Source: Lytechinus pictus
Lineage: Eukaryota
DNA: 64,000 nucleotides
Reading direction: 5' to 3'
Assembly: GCF_037042905.1 (NCBI RefSeq)
Contig: NW_026974140.1
Location: 1,056,001-1,120,000 of the forward strand
The notes under the pieces were generated by a model, which saw nothing but the letters and a program-made list of their open reading frames with translations, had not been told where the DNA came from and did no database searches. Within the stretch, counting starts at the first letter, position 1. The number at the start of each line of letters is the position of its first letter. This document shows positions 26,020 to 39,319 of the stretch, piece by piece. The translations under genes and the position numbers were made by a program.

Positions 26020-26151
26020 TCTACATTCCTTATAAAAATGACCAGATGACAATATCTTGGATCTCGTCATATCGACATCCTGTGGTAGAGATGATCAGAT
26101 GACAGGATCTTGGATCTCGTCATGTCTACATCCTGTGGAGGAGATGATCAG
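26020..26151 (+). repeat. 53-bp tandem array (left part, interrupted by the CMC element)
   Basis: Same unit as 24687-24949; resumes in register at 45304. Confidence 0.85.
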
Positions 26152-27908
26152 CCCTTACAAAAAACTTCCTGCAGTACTTTAGTGGTACTCTGTTGTACCT
26201 GTGTGATACTTCTGTTGTACATGACGGTACCACAGAATGACGACAGGCGTTCTGTGGTATCACTCTGTGATGTTCTGTCATACTTCTGTGGTACATGACA
26301 ATTTGAAAAATTTCCTGCAGTACCTTAATGGTACTCTGTTGTATCTGTGTGATACTTCTGTTGTACATGACGGTACCACAGACTGACGATAGATGTTCTG
26401 TGGTATCACTCTGTGATAGTTCTGTCATATTTCTGTGGTACATGAAAGTTTCAAACATTCCTGCAGTACATTAATGGTACACTGTTGTACCTGTGTGATT
26501 GGTATAAAGAATAACGACAGACGTTCTGTGGTATCACTCTGTGATATAGTTCTGTCATAGTTCTGTCGTACATGAAAATTCCAAAATATCCTGCAGTACT
26601 TCTATGCCAACCCTGCGATACTTCTGTAATACATGAACATTTTAAAATTTCCTGCAGTACTCCTTAAAGGCACATCTAAAATTCCATGGCAATCCTGTGA
26701 TACTTTAAATTTAAAAATTCCTGCTGTACTTTCAAAATTTCCTACGCTACTTATCAGGCAGCCACCCCAGAAATATGACTGAAACTGTATCACAGACGTT
26801 CTGTAGTATTTTCTGTGGTACATGAAAAATTTAGTTTCCTTCAGTACTTGTATGGAAGCCCTGTTGTACCACAGATTTAAAAAAATATATTTTCAGTGAG
26901 GGATTTATCCTTTTTTTTTCAGTTTCGCGAGAGGTCAGTAGCGTAATGAGTCTTATTTTTCATGAGGCCATGGCTTAAAGGGCACCATTCATTTTGAAAA
27001 GTACAATTTTTAAATATGAAAATTTAATTTTGTGATAGCTATAGATTTTGACATATTTGAAAATTATATGTTTTACCCTGTTGTTTTCTTTTCCCTATTT
27101 TCTCCTTTCTTTGTTGTGATACTTTTTGGAGTCCATGGCCCACAACGGTAAGTCCCATTGTGTAGGCCTGCAGCGATGGGGTGGTTGTAGTTCTGAGACT
27201 CAGAAGTTTTAAGTTTGATAGCTTCCATTTCTACAAGAAAGGGTTTTACGTACTAGATCAAAACTAGGAGCAAAGCGTAAACTGAAAATAAATTGACCCC
27301 AAAATGAGCAACTTTTGAGGACTCTTGTCCGTTTTCAGGGTTATTTATCTTTCATGCGCTCTTTTAAATTTCAATTATCATTGGTTATGTTTGTTCGCCA
27401 CTTATTTTTCATCAAAAATCAGGATAAAGAATAAAAAGTGATATTTAAAAGGGTACGTGTTAAAATAAACATGACATACCTAACACCCTTAGAGCTTCGT
27501 TGCGAGGAGGCCGGGTTACATTTTAAAAAGATATTGTAATGAATAAAAACATAAACATGAACGTATTATTCTACTTCATCTCTTTCTAACGATACAAGAA
27601 AAGAATTAAAGGGAGAGTCCAGGCTAGAGATATTTATATCTCAATAAATAGAGTATACTGATTCACAGAACAAAATGCTGAAAATTTGATCAAAATCGGA
27701 TGACAAATAACGAAGTTAAGTTGAATTTTAAAAATTTGCAATATTCCGACGAAACAATTATATTTAGGCATGTATATTATATATTGTATATATATTGTAT
27801 ATTATATGTAATTAGGTTTATTCAACATATTTCTACCAAGAACTTAAACAATTGGATTGAAAACTGATAGTGCATTAGTTATTTAATGCAGCAACTTATT
27901 TCATCACA

Positions 27909-29012
27909 ATGGAGACACATTATTTCAATAACGTAAATCCCATAGAAATAGCAAGAGCAATTAAAAGCACTTGTCCCAATCCAATTGACAATATTATTTC
28001 TCTCCCTCACAGCATTATTGTCAAGTGCAAAAATCAAAAGCAAATGACCGCTCTTCAACAAATAACCCAAATTGGCAACATCCCAGTAAAAATAGAAAAG
28101 AAAAGCGAGCCGGCGTGAAGGGTGTTATTTATGGGGTATCTACAACTATCTCAGAAGAGGAAATCAAGCAGGAGCTTAAGACCCAAGGAGTTTCTTTTGC
28201 AAAGAGAATCACTAAGAAAACAAAACAAAATCAAAATGGTCCCATCGAAGAGGTGCCCCTCAAAAGTGTAAATCTAACATTCAATAAAACAAATCTCCCC
28301 CAACAAGCAAACTTGTGTTTTCAAATTTTCCCAGTTAAGATCTTTGTACCCCGTGCTTCAAGATGCTTCAAATGTCAACGTTTTGGCCACGGCATAGCTC
28401 AAAACAGAGCAAAGATACGTTGTGTTAGGTGCGGAGAAGCACATACCTTTGAGGAATGTCAAAAGAAAGAAGATAGGAAATGTATCAATTGCGGGGGCAG
28501 ACATTCTGCAGCATACGACGGCTGTGCCGTGGCTAAAAAGGCACAGAAAATACAGCACATAAAAGTAACAAAGAACACAACCTATACTAACGCCGCAAAA
28601 ATGCTCGCTAACGAAGAAAAAACTGCAGACAATAACTTGACCACGCCTCATAATGTAGACCCTACCAACAAGCACCAAATTGATCCCCATGTAGCTCAAA
28701 CTAAATCCGCCCTTCCGGTGGTCCGTCCAAAAGAACCCCTCCCCCAAAAAGACGGCACCACAAACAGAAGTACCAATGGATTTTAATTATGAACAAACAA
28801 TAAAAGAAGAACATAGATACGAGCCTCAAACGAAAAGTAATTTTTTAACAACAGCAGACAATGAACAGATTATAAATTTCATTACTTATCTTATATTCAT
28901 TTTTGTGGAAGGAAAAACAAAGAATGAAGTTTTAGCTCTGGTCGAATCGGTAACTGGACGATTGCTTAGAAGTGGATCTACCCCTACCCCACAGGCAGAA
29001 GGAGGTAGCTAG
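27909..29012 (+). pseudogene. LINE ORF1 (gag-like, zinc knuckles)
   Basis: KGVIYGV, RCFKCQRFGH, RCVRCGEAH, KCINCGGRHSA; frameshifted. Confidence 0.88.
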
Positions 29013-29025
29013 TGTTTTTCTTATC

Positions 29026-32000
29026 ATGGCGTCCCTAGCAATATTGCAGTGGAACGCACAGGACCTACACTGCCATGGCAGTGAACTTATAAGATACCTA
29101 AGTAACCCTCACAACTTATTATATCACATTATTTGCATACAAGAAACTTGGTTGGGGGAAGATCATATTTTTAACATTCCCAATTATACATTTTTACCCA
29201 GGAACCGTATAAATCAAAGTAGAGGAGGGTGTGCATTATACATCCATAACACGGTCGACTATTTAACCCCTCATTTTGATGAAGAATATGAAATCCAACA
29301 TATAAAAGTGTATTTTGGTGAGTCCCATATTGCCATAGTCAACTTTTATAATCTTTGTCAAAAATTAGATGAAAATATTTTGAATAAATTACTAACTGTA
29401 GCCTGTGGGACTGATAGGTTTCTCATACTTGGAGATTTTAATGCCCATAACAGCCTTTGGGGCAGTGTAAAAATTATCATAACGGACTTATCATAGAAGA
29501 TTTCATTAATGAACAACATTTAGTTATAATAAAAACGATCTTTCAGGAACAAGACTTGATCCTCTCTCTGGAAAAATGTCCAATTTGGATCTTAGTTTTA
29601 CTTCCCCAGCTTTATCGAACCGATGTTCCTGGGAGGTCCTCAACAATTCCTTTGGCAGTGATCATTTCCCTCTATCGATAGAGCTTTTTATGGATATCTC
29701 TAAAGACACAACACCTCAAAAAGAAAATTCTAGTCATATGAAATTTTGGTCTTTCAAAAATACAAAATGGGCTGATTTCGCAAAGAAATGTGAAGAATTG
29801 ATGGATGAATTCATTAATTTTGAAAGTTCTCAAGAATTTTTTACTTTTTTCATCAAAACTCTTACAGATACTATCCTGAAGACAGTTCCTTCTAACACAA
29901 AAAGACAGCATAATCCTATACCTTGGTGGACTCCCGAATGTACCAAAAGCATCAAAGCGAGGAATAGAGCTAAAAATAAATTAACAAGACATGTATCTGT
30001 AGAAAATCTTGCCTCTTTCCAGGAAAAAAAGGCAGAAGCACAAAAAAATTATACGTAAAACGAAAAAGGAATATTGGGATTCATTCTACAAAAAACTCAA
30101 CCGTTTCGTCCCCGAAGGCAAACTATGGGCAACAATCAAACGGATGAACGGCTTAACTAGCAAGAAATCTAACAGAATGTCGGCACTTATTGAAAATGAT
30201 AAGGTAATAACAAAAGTTCCAGACGAATCAGAATTATTTGGTACTCATTTTCAGGAAATGGGCTCATCTACCTTTCCAACAAAAAAACTATTACCCGACC
30301 TTGAATTGGAGATTTCTCAGGCACAATCTGAAGGTTTAGATCATGTAATAAATGAATCTTTCACAATTTTTGAACTAGAAAAGGTTCTCAAAACCTGCAA
30401 AAATTCAGCCCCAGGTAAAGACAACATCCCTTATATCGTTTATCAAAATCTTCCTCCTAAACCTAAAAAAGTAATGTTGAAAATAATGAACAAAATTTGG
30501 GACTCGGGCGATATACCCCATGAAATGAAACATTCTAATCTCGTTCCGATTCTTAAGGAAAAGAAAGATCCTAAACTTGTCTCTTCATATAGTCCTATAG
30601 CTCTTTCTTCATGCTTTTCCAAAATATTTGAACGTATGGTTAAAGGAAGACTTGAATGGTACATTGAAAAACATAATATTTTGCCTTCAATAATCAGCGG
30701 CTTCCGAAAAAACCACAACACCACTGATAGTATCGTTGATTTGGAAAACACTATTCAAAAATCTATTTACAATGGAGAGCATACTTTGGCTCTATTTTTA
30801 GACGTCGAAAATGCATACGATAGATTATGGATAAAAGGTCTAATTTACAAACTTTTGCAGTGTTGTATCAAGGGTAAAATGCAAATTTTTCTCTCCAACT
30901 ACCTTTCAAATAGAACATTCCAAGTCACAATTGGAAAGAGTGAATCAAAAATATATGTAATGCAAAACGGACTCCCACAAGGAAGTACACTTAGTCCCAT
31001 ATAATATAATGTCATGATGAGGGACATCCCTATCATCAATCCAGTCACCACATCCATTTATGCAGATGATATAGCAGTTTGGATGTCCGGTAATCAATTA
31101 GATGTTACCTTAAAAAAAATCAAGAATATCTTAACAAATTACACGTATGGTTTAATAAATGTGGTTTCCGTCTTTACTCTGATAAAACCGCTTTTTTGGT
31201 TTTATTTACAAAAGCCCAAAAAATAATTGCTCTGAGATAAAAATAGGAGAAAATCGTCTAACTTTCAACTCTGTTAAATAGTTTTAAGGTGTCACTTTTG
31301 ATCACCGACTTACATGGCATGCCCATATCGAGGATATAGTGACAAGGTGTAAAAGGAAACTTAACATTCTCAGAAGCCTACTGGAATCGCTAATGGATTA
31401 TGGATGCGAGGATTATGATAGTGCGTCCCAAACAATGAAAGCAAAATTAGATGCAGTTCAATATCAAGCATTAAGGATTTGTGTTGGAGGGTTCCCTCTT
31501 ACCTCACTAGAAGCCCTGCAGGCTGAACTCGGGGAAATGCCCCTCGACCTGACAAGAAAAGCACTCACAGATAAGTTCAGAACAAAGATTGAAACACATG
31601 AAGACCATCCAATTTTGCTTAATAAAAAACCGTGCTGGCAATTCGATTTATCCAAAACTGATAAAAATAAACCTTTGGAATCAGAGAAGAGAAAATAAAC
31701 TACTCTGTAGAATCATATAGATACGCTTTTCCTCCATGGCTTTTTCAACAACCGAAGGTTTCAATACAATTGAACAAGGAATTGAATAAACATGACCATC
31801 CTTTATATAAAAAACAAAAGAGCCTCGATCGTATTAATTCAAAATGGTCAAATAAACTCCATATTTACACAGATGTATCCAAAGAACCCGTCACTGGAGC
31901 ATGTGCTGCCTCCTTTTACGTTCCAGCTTTCCATTACTCCCAGTCTAAACGCCTCACTGATTATACTTCATCATATAGAGCTGAATTAGCAGCAATCATC

Positions 32001-32688
32001 TTAGCCCTCAACTGGTTAGAAACTCTTGATGTATACGTAGGAGTAGTAAATTTTAGTGACTCATTAAGCTCCCTAGTAGCAATATCAGAACAAAAAGAAA
32101 TACCTTTTGTCTCCGAAATTCTTACCCTACTAACAAATTTAACATATTTAGGCATAGACATAAACTTTGAATGGATCCCCAGCCACTGCGGTATTAGTGG
32201 AAACGAGGTGGCGGACACGAAAGCAAAAAATGCATTGCAGAAAAAAGTCAACAACAAATTATCTTTAACAAAAATAAAAGATACACTCTAGAATGTAAAA
32301 AAAGATGGAATGAATCCCACCGCCTACTCAAACTATACTATCCCACTGTTAATTCTCCTTTTTTTTTTTGTTCCCTGAGTAGATTCCACGAAACCATTAT
32401 CCGCAGACTCCGTTTTGGTGTAATAGGATTGAAATACGATTTAAATTTATATACACCCCACGGGACTTTGTGATACATGTAGGCCTAACAAATTAGAAAC
32501 AGTTGAGCATTTTTTAATCGAGTGTCCCAAATATATAACAGAGAGAGCCATGCTACTTACAGAAACAAACCTATCAACCCCCCCCAAAAAAAAAAAAAAT
32601 TATGGATCTCTTAAAGAGTACTAAGGTAGAAACCCAATCTGCACTGGTCCGTTTCGTTCTCAGAACGAAACGACTATATAAAGTCTGA
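29026..32688 (+). pseudogene. LINE ORF2 (AP endonuclease, RT, RNase H, C-terminal zinc finger)
   Basis: ILQWNAQ, CIQETW, GDFNAH, GSDHFP, SAPGKD, PQGSTLSP, YADD, IYTD..K, AELAAI, WIPSHCGISGNEVAD, ETVEHFLIECP; multiple frameshifts. Confidence 0.93.
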
Positions 32689-34262
32689 ATTTTTCTCCGC
32701 CCCCTAATTTTTTTTTTCATTTATTTATTTATTCATTATTATTACTTTTTTTCTACAAGCGTTAAATCTTTGAAAGGGAGACACAAAGCAGAAGAATTAA
32801 GATGCAGACACATGGTCGATTTTTACTCACTTTCCTATGGTCCTATATATTTTGATTATATGTCATTTTACTACATCGACAACAGATCGTCGTGGATCCT
32901 GTTTTTCTCTCTTTTTTTCCTTATTCTTTTTTCCCTTCCTTACCCTTTGCTAATTATCCGAGTTCTTTAATTTGGTGATTTGTCAGGGGGGACAGAAAGG
33001 AGTTAAGAATGAAGACAGAAGTTTTGTTGTTTATTTGTTGGTTTGTTTTCATTTTGTTTTCTTTTTTTTTGCACTTTCATCTCATACTTAAGTTTTCGGT
33101 GTCCCGAAACCTGAAGTTTTATCAGGCCACAAATCCAGTTTACTTTTTTTTTCTCTGTTACAGCTCACTGTAGCAGAAGAAAATCAAACGTGCTGCAAGA
33201 AACAGAACGCATACAAAAAAAGAAAAAAAGGAAAACTATTATTTTAAAAGGACAGAAATACAATATGTCTATATAGGAAGAAAAGAAAAGAAGAAGAAGA
33301 AAAGAGAAAAAATGCAGGAAAGAATTGAAACTAGAAAAGAAATAAAGAGAACAAAAGAAAAGAAACGAAAGAAAAAAGAAATAAAAAGAGAAAAGAAAAA
33401 GAATAGAAAAAATGAGAAAAAATAAAAAATAAGAAAAAATAAGAGGAAAACAGAAAAAAAGAAAAATAACAAGAAAAGAAAAGAAAAATAACAAGAAAAG
33501 AGAAGGAAAAAATAATAAGCTGTTGAAAATGAACAAACGCTGTGGCAAAAATAGTAAATCCTGACTGGTTGCCATCCAAGGAAAGAAGAAGAAGAAGAAA
33601 GTATACGTTTTTCCGGTTCCGCCATTTGAAAAAAAACTTTCGTAACCGCTCCGCTAAAGGATGAAGCTTGATTAAGAAGGCCGTCAATAATTTAACAAAA
33701 ACTAACAGAATACGGATCAGATTCGGACAACGACTTCCAAGACATTCACGCAATAGGCTAAACAGTAAGTTAGATCCATTTTCCTTTCGTAGTTTGGTGC
33801 GGCATGCACTTAAATTTCATCTATACCGTACGGCCACGCCACTGCACTGGCACTGGCAGTGAGTGGCACTGCTTTGGCGTTGTTCCCGATCCCGCTCGCT
33901 TACCGGGCTGGCGGTGGGCGCTGATCTGCGGTGTGCGCGGCCGGGGACGGCCAACGGTTGGCTATGAATGGCGGCGGTGAGGATGTTTGTATTGTAGCCA
34001 GGGCAGGGGCCCGTTTCTCAACACCGTCGTAAGTATAACTTCTTGACTAAATCGAAGATAGTGAGCTACTTGTCCCCTAACCGTTTCACGAAGCCCTCTT
34101 TGCCAAGAAAGGCAAGATCGAGGACAACCTAACATGCCTAACGAAATATTTGACACCTCCAAACCTTTAACCTGTCAACTTCTTTCTTAATGATATACGG
34201 TAGTGGCATCACAAGGAAAGCCAGCAGGCTCCTAGAGAGCACTCATGGGTGCATTACGTGCC

Positions 34263-35722
34263 TAGTCTTGAGGACTCTGTGAGTATATTTTTTATGATTT
34301 TGATATTGTCATTTACTCACGAATTATTGACAGAGTCAGAGCAGCATATCTGAGTATTACTAGTCCAGAAGAGAATTCCCTTGATATTTAACATTAAAAC
34401 TAGTGGTCCATATAATTATATAGACCAAAATTTTATTAAATTGCATACCTTTATACTCCTAATGCGTGTAAAGGTATCATAGTTCCCCCCCCCCCCCCAA
34501 AAAAAAAAAAAAAAAACCAGACCGATGTCATGTATGCAGAAGAAAATCACTCCCTATAAATACCATCTGGGGAACTCTGAACTGGGCATCGTTGACAGCT
34601 ATCCTTATCTAGGTGTTAATTTGTCAAATATTTTGTCTTGGACTAATCATATTAATACAACCGTAAACAAAGCAAACAGTATACTTGGATTGTTGAAACG
34701 TAATATATGGAACTGTTCAACTCAAACTAAAGACATCGCCTACAAGACTCTTGTGCGGCCTAGGCTGGAATATTGTAGCTCTGTGTGGGATCCCCACCAG
34801 AAAAATCTTCAAGATAAACTTGAAAAAACTCAAAGAAGAGCAGCACGATTTGTATCTAACGAGTATCAACGCACAAGTAGTGTTATTGAAATGATGAGTA
34901 TTCTAAAATGGGATACTCTCCAAGACAGGAATACAAGTAGCCGGCTCATATTTTTGTTTAAAGAAATACACAATATAACTCCATGAAATATAAATCAAAT
35001 CACTTCCAAAGCATCCTCCAGGCCAACAACTAGAATAACCAGACAGTCTCATGACTTAAACTTCAATATAATCAGAGCACATAAGGATTGCTACAAATAT
35101 TCCCTCTACCCTCGTACAATTGTAGAGTGGAATTCACTTTCTCCCACGACTAAAAATGCACCTGATCTAGCTGCATTTAAGAAACAGCTAAGCAAAAACA
35201 TGCTAACTAAAAGAAGTATATAGCGGCAGCGATTGCATGAATGGCCTGCACGTCTATAGCCTCTTTGAGGCGTTTAAGTGCAGTATTCACAAGACAAGAC
35301 AAGACAAGACATAAATGTAAACACTGCGATACAATAGACCTGACCCTTGAACCCGCTTTGATATGACGTCCAACAGGCAATGTCCCGTACGTCACAATTT
35401 AGCAATAGTACGACAGGGTCAGGTCTATTGTATCGCAGTGTTTACAATATGGATACATGACATCGGTATGGTAAGTAAACTCTAATTTTTCTTATCTTTT
35501 TTGGAGGAAACTATGATACCTTTACACGCATTAGGAGTATAAAGGTATGCAATTTAATAAAAATTATGGTCTATATATGGACCACTAGTTCTAATGTTAA
35601 ATATGAAGGGAATTCCCTTCCGGACTAGTATCTTCTCTACACTCAGATATGCTGCCCTGTCAAGACTTTGTAAATGACAATATCAAAATCATAAAAATAT
35701 GCTCACGGGGTCCTAAAGACTA
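34263..35722. mobile_element. Mutator/MULE-like foldback element
   Basis: Perfect 9-bp TSD TTACGTGCC (34254-34262 and 35723-35731); long (>200 bp) imperfect TIRs starting TAGTCTT; central hairpin at 35316-35446. Confidence 0.88.
34536..35312 (+). mobile_element. 3' fragment of a CR1/L2-group LINE
   Basis: YPYLGV, YKTLVRPRLEYCSSVWDP, QRRAARFV, YPRTIVEWNSL; (CAAGA)n tail. Confidence 0.85.
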
Positions 35723-36912
35723 TTACGTGCCGCCGTGTACAATCGCAACAATTGCATGGCGATCCCGCAAATTTAAAAGAGGTTTTATAAAATCAAGTCC
35801 GGCCTTCTATGAACATGACGAAACTTATGAAAAGATGTGAAGTCAATTCCCCCTAAATATCATCAATATCTCTCAAATAGTGTCATTTAAGCGCTGATTT
35901 CTCTTCTCGTTGATAAAATATGGATCCGTCTTCTAATTTCCGATTTTTTTTTGCCTAATTAGCTAAAGGGCGCATGATTTATCTTCATATTAAATACACT
36001 ACATATAAAAGACTAGGCACAAAGACTATTTTGCATGTAAATTGATGCAAAGCGTTACGCAAAGTTGGCAAAGTGTCCAATCTTGTTATTGTAAAGACTT
36101 TGGCGACAATAACAGACTGTGAGTAGAATTAAAACGCTCCTCTACTTTTAATGTTTTCATTCATTTTTTGTTTAATATTATTTAAAAATACGACTCTTTG
36201 CACCTGAATTGTACCACTGAAATATGGAACTGAAGAAGTTTTACTATCATGTATTTTTATTAAACTGCAAATTGAAGTTTACAATGTCAATCAAATTTAT
36301 TTCATTTCATTAAAGATTCAAAGAGGGATCTCTGGATGATCGAGCAGCAGGTCCAGCATTATCTGGGAAGATACTATGTGTACACAGAAAAGCCCATGTT
36401 CATGTACAAGACACGGTTTAAGTTCATAAAAGGTGATTATTTAGGCATTCACTTCAGTAGATATTATAATTGCAAAATTAAGCAGATTGTATTCATGCAG
36501 TGGCATACAGTGTAGTTGAAAAACCTTGTCAGGAGAGGAAAATTCATTCTTCATTTTTTTTTCTTCAAAATTTTCAATATTTCCTTATAACAATTTGTTT
36601 GCATTAAAAATTGTTTGCCATTATTGAATATTCGACTTACTTTGCTTTATAAACAAGAATATGCTAAGAAAGATAGCCGCAAGGACCTCATGGTCCGACA
36701 GGTATGTACTTGTACAAAGAGATCTAGATCGTGGCAAAGCACCTGATTTCGTTTAATTTAATGTTGTTCATATTATCGTAATGGTACGTGTGTGTTTTTT
36801 TTTTCTACAGATAAAGCTGCCTCATGCTATACAGACGTGGATAAAAACTACTTGAGGCTGCCAAAACAAGCTGTCCAATGAATGGTGACAACTCAAGAGG
36901 AGCCAGAAAGCC

Positions 36913-37456
36913 CCCGGGGGGGGGGCACTCGACCAAAAAAGTGGTAGGGGTGTGCCGCGGGCGAGACAAAAAACGGGGGCCTTGGAGCGGGCTTATTGTA
37001 AAAAGGAGGGTCCTCGGAACGGGCTTCGGAACTACAAATGTTTGTGAAAACGGGGGTCCTTGGAACGGGTCGCCTGCGTGTGCATCCCAATGGAACGAGC
37101 ATACGTGCATGCAGCTAGCACGGCGCACGGGCCCCGGCTGCGCCAGCGCAGAGGCGGTGGTCGGAAAGCGCTCTCCGGCCGCTTTTCACCAAAATTGCGG
37201 CTCATCGTAGCAGATCAATGCGACCGGAACGGCGTAACGGAAAATCTGCGAAGCTTTGGAGCGGATTTCTTTCTTCTTTTTTTCTCGATAAGAAGAAAAT
37301 GCTATGCCTTGGAGCGGCTTTCTTTGTTCTTTTTCTCAATAAGACAAAAATGCTATGCCTTGGAACGGAAATTTGAGTGTAAAAATGGGGGTCCCCTCCG
37401 CGGCACATACCCACTATGCATTATATACTGAGTGCCCCCCCCCCCCCCCCCCCGGG
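36913..37456. mobile_element. MITE with CCCGGGGG termini and 8-bp TSD
   Basis: CCCGGGGGGG..CACTC / GAGTGCCCC..CCCGGG; perfect TSD AGAAAGCC (36905-36912 and 37457-37464). Confidence 0.85.
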
Positions 37457-39319
37457 AGAAAGCCGATTAAGGTTTAACGTTATCTAGGCCGAGGTAATTT
37501 TGGGAGTTCATATGGCCAGGGGGGAGGCCCCCCCCCCCCCCCCTTGAGATCTCGACCGCGCGATCACGCTGAAGATTGGCACACAGGTTGTCTGGGACAT
37601 AATTTACAGAATTAGATTGTAATTTATTTTACGCAAATTGCTAAGTGATAATGTTAAATTATGCGTAATTACTTTTTCCTCTAACTCCCTAAATAAAGCT
37701 CCAAATGTTCTAATTTTTGGTAGAGAAACTCTTTGTGGTGTTTTTAGCAAGTGAACATGAACAAAATTGCGATATCAAATCATTTTCTATGTATTTTATT
37801 GTTTTTTGAAATTTCTTATGAATTTCTCTGTTTTTTTTTCTTTCATCTTTTCAACGAAATTTGTTGGGGACTCTTCTGCGATCATAAAAATCAAAAGTAT
37901 ATTAACTGATGCATCCTATTTATAATTACAAAAGTGCTTGTAATGTCCAGTTTTCAGGCCAAAATATCATTAGATTTCGCGCCCTCATTAGGCATCAATG
38001 AATAAGATATCAATTTAATGATTGAATTGTCCCTTTTGCTTCATCTCTAGCTTAGCAAGAGGAATAAGAGGACAGTCATCATTTTCATATGATGACATGT
38101 CTTAAGGATATCCCGGTCCTATATCAAAACTCAAAGTAATTATAAAGAAACATATTAGCTTTTTATTAAGTGCGATCCATATCCACCTCACAATTTTCCT
38201 GCAAAGTGTATAAAATATAGAGCTGAAATTTACTCTTTTCAGATGAGAATATCAAATAGATTAAGCTCGCGCTTCGCGCTCGCGTTGATTTTAAATGATA
38301 AAGGATGTATTTACAATGCCTAGATTCTAGGTCTAAATACGAATTCAGATTCTCGACTTGTTCTCTATTTAAATCATTATCCAGTTTCAGATCACAATAT
38401 CAAAAATGTTCTGCTCGCGCTTTGTGGTCGCATTCAGTGGCGTACCGTGGGTCACGGCATTGGGGGGAGGGGGCACCAGCAAAAAAATTAAGTTACTTAG
38501 TGAGCGCGCTTTTGCGAGGTATACTGACCTAATAGAGACATTTTATGGACAGTGCCATTAAACGGATATGTATATATGTCACTGATCAAAATAATGCGAG
38601 CGCAAAGCGCGAGCTGAAAATGTTAGATATTAAGACCTAAAAAAGGACATTACGAGCAATTTTTGGTAATCATGATACGTACCTGTCTCGCTAAACAGCA
38701 CGCGAGCGCAAATCGCGAGCTAAAATTTTCATATATATTGATCCCAAACAGTGACATTTTAAGGACTATTTTTAAAGGAATCCTTTATATACAAATCTCA
38801 TCAAAGTCATCTAATGCGAATGTCATGAGTTTGTTAGAATTACATCTAAACACACGAAGCACTTTTTGTAGTCATTGAAATCATGATTAACATACGCATC
38901 TCACTAATTAAATAGTGCGAGCGCGAAGCGCGAGCTGAAAATTTAGGAAATTCAGACCTGAAGAGGGGCATTCTAAGGCTTGTTTGTAGGAATTTACTAA
39001 GACCATACGTATTTCACTAACCGAATGATGCGAGCGCGAGCTGAACATTTTTGATATTCAGATTAGAAAAAGGGACATTTTAGGGACTGATTTCAGGAAT
39101 TGATGAAGAGCAGACATATTTCACCAATCCACTCATGCGAACGTAAGCACGGACAGGAAATGTTTTATATTAAGAACTTAAAATGGGGCAATCACTTTAA
39201 GTAGTCATGAAAAATAAGCATTATGTCACTACATAAAACAATTATAACTCGAAGTGCGAGGAAATTTATTTGGTGTATATTGACTTGAAAACCGGAGGTT
39301 TTAGTACAACAGGATTATA

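Larger units (their letters stand above)
27880..33600 (+). mobile_element. RNase H-containing non-LTR retrotransposon (I group, Nimb-like), 5'-truncated, decayed
   Basis: ORF1 with CCHC knuckles; ORF2 APE-RT-RNaseH-CCHC; long 3' UTR ending in (GAA)n at ~33583-33600. Confidence 0.88.

Noticed and set aside
24687..26151. 53-bp repeats as a CRISPR array
   Set aside because: Contiguous tandem units with no unique spacers, no cas genes, eukaryotic TE context.
33165..33753. Phe/Leu-rich membrane-like ORFs
   Set aside because: Antisense reading of an A/G-rich tract.
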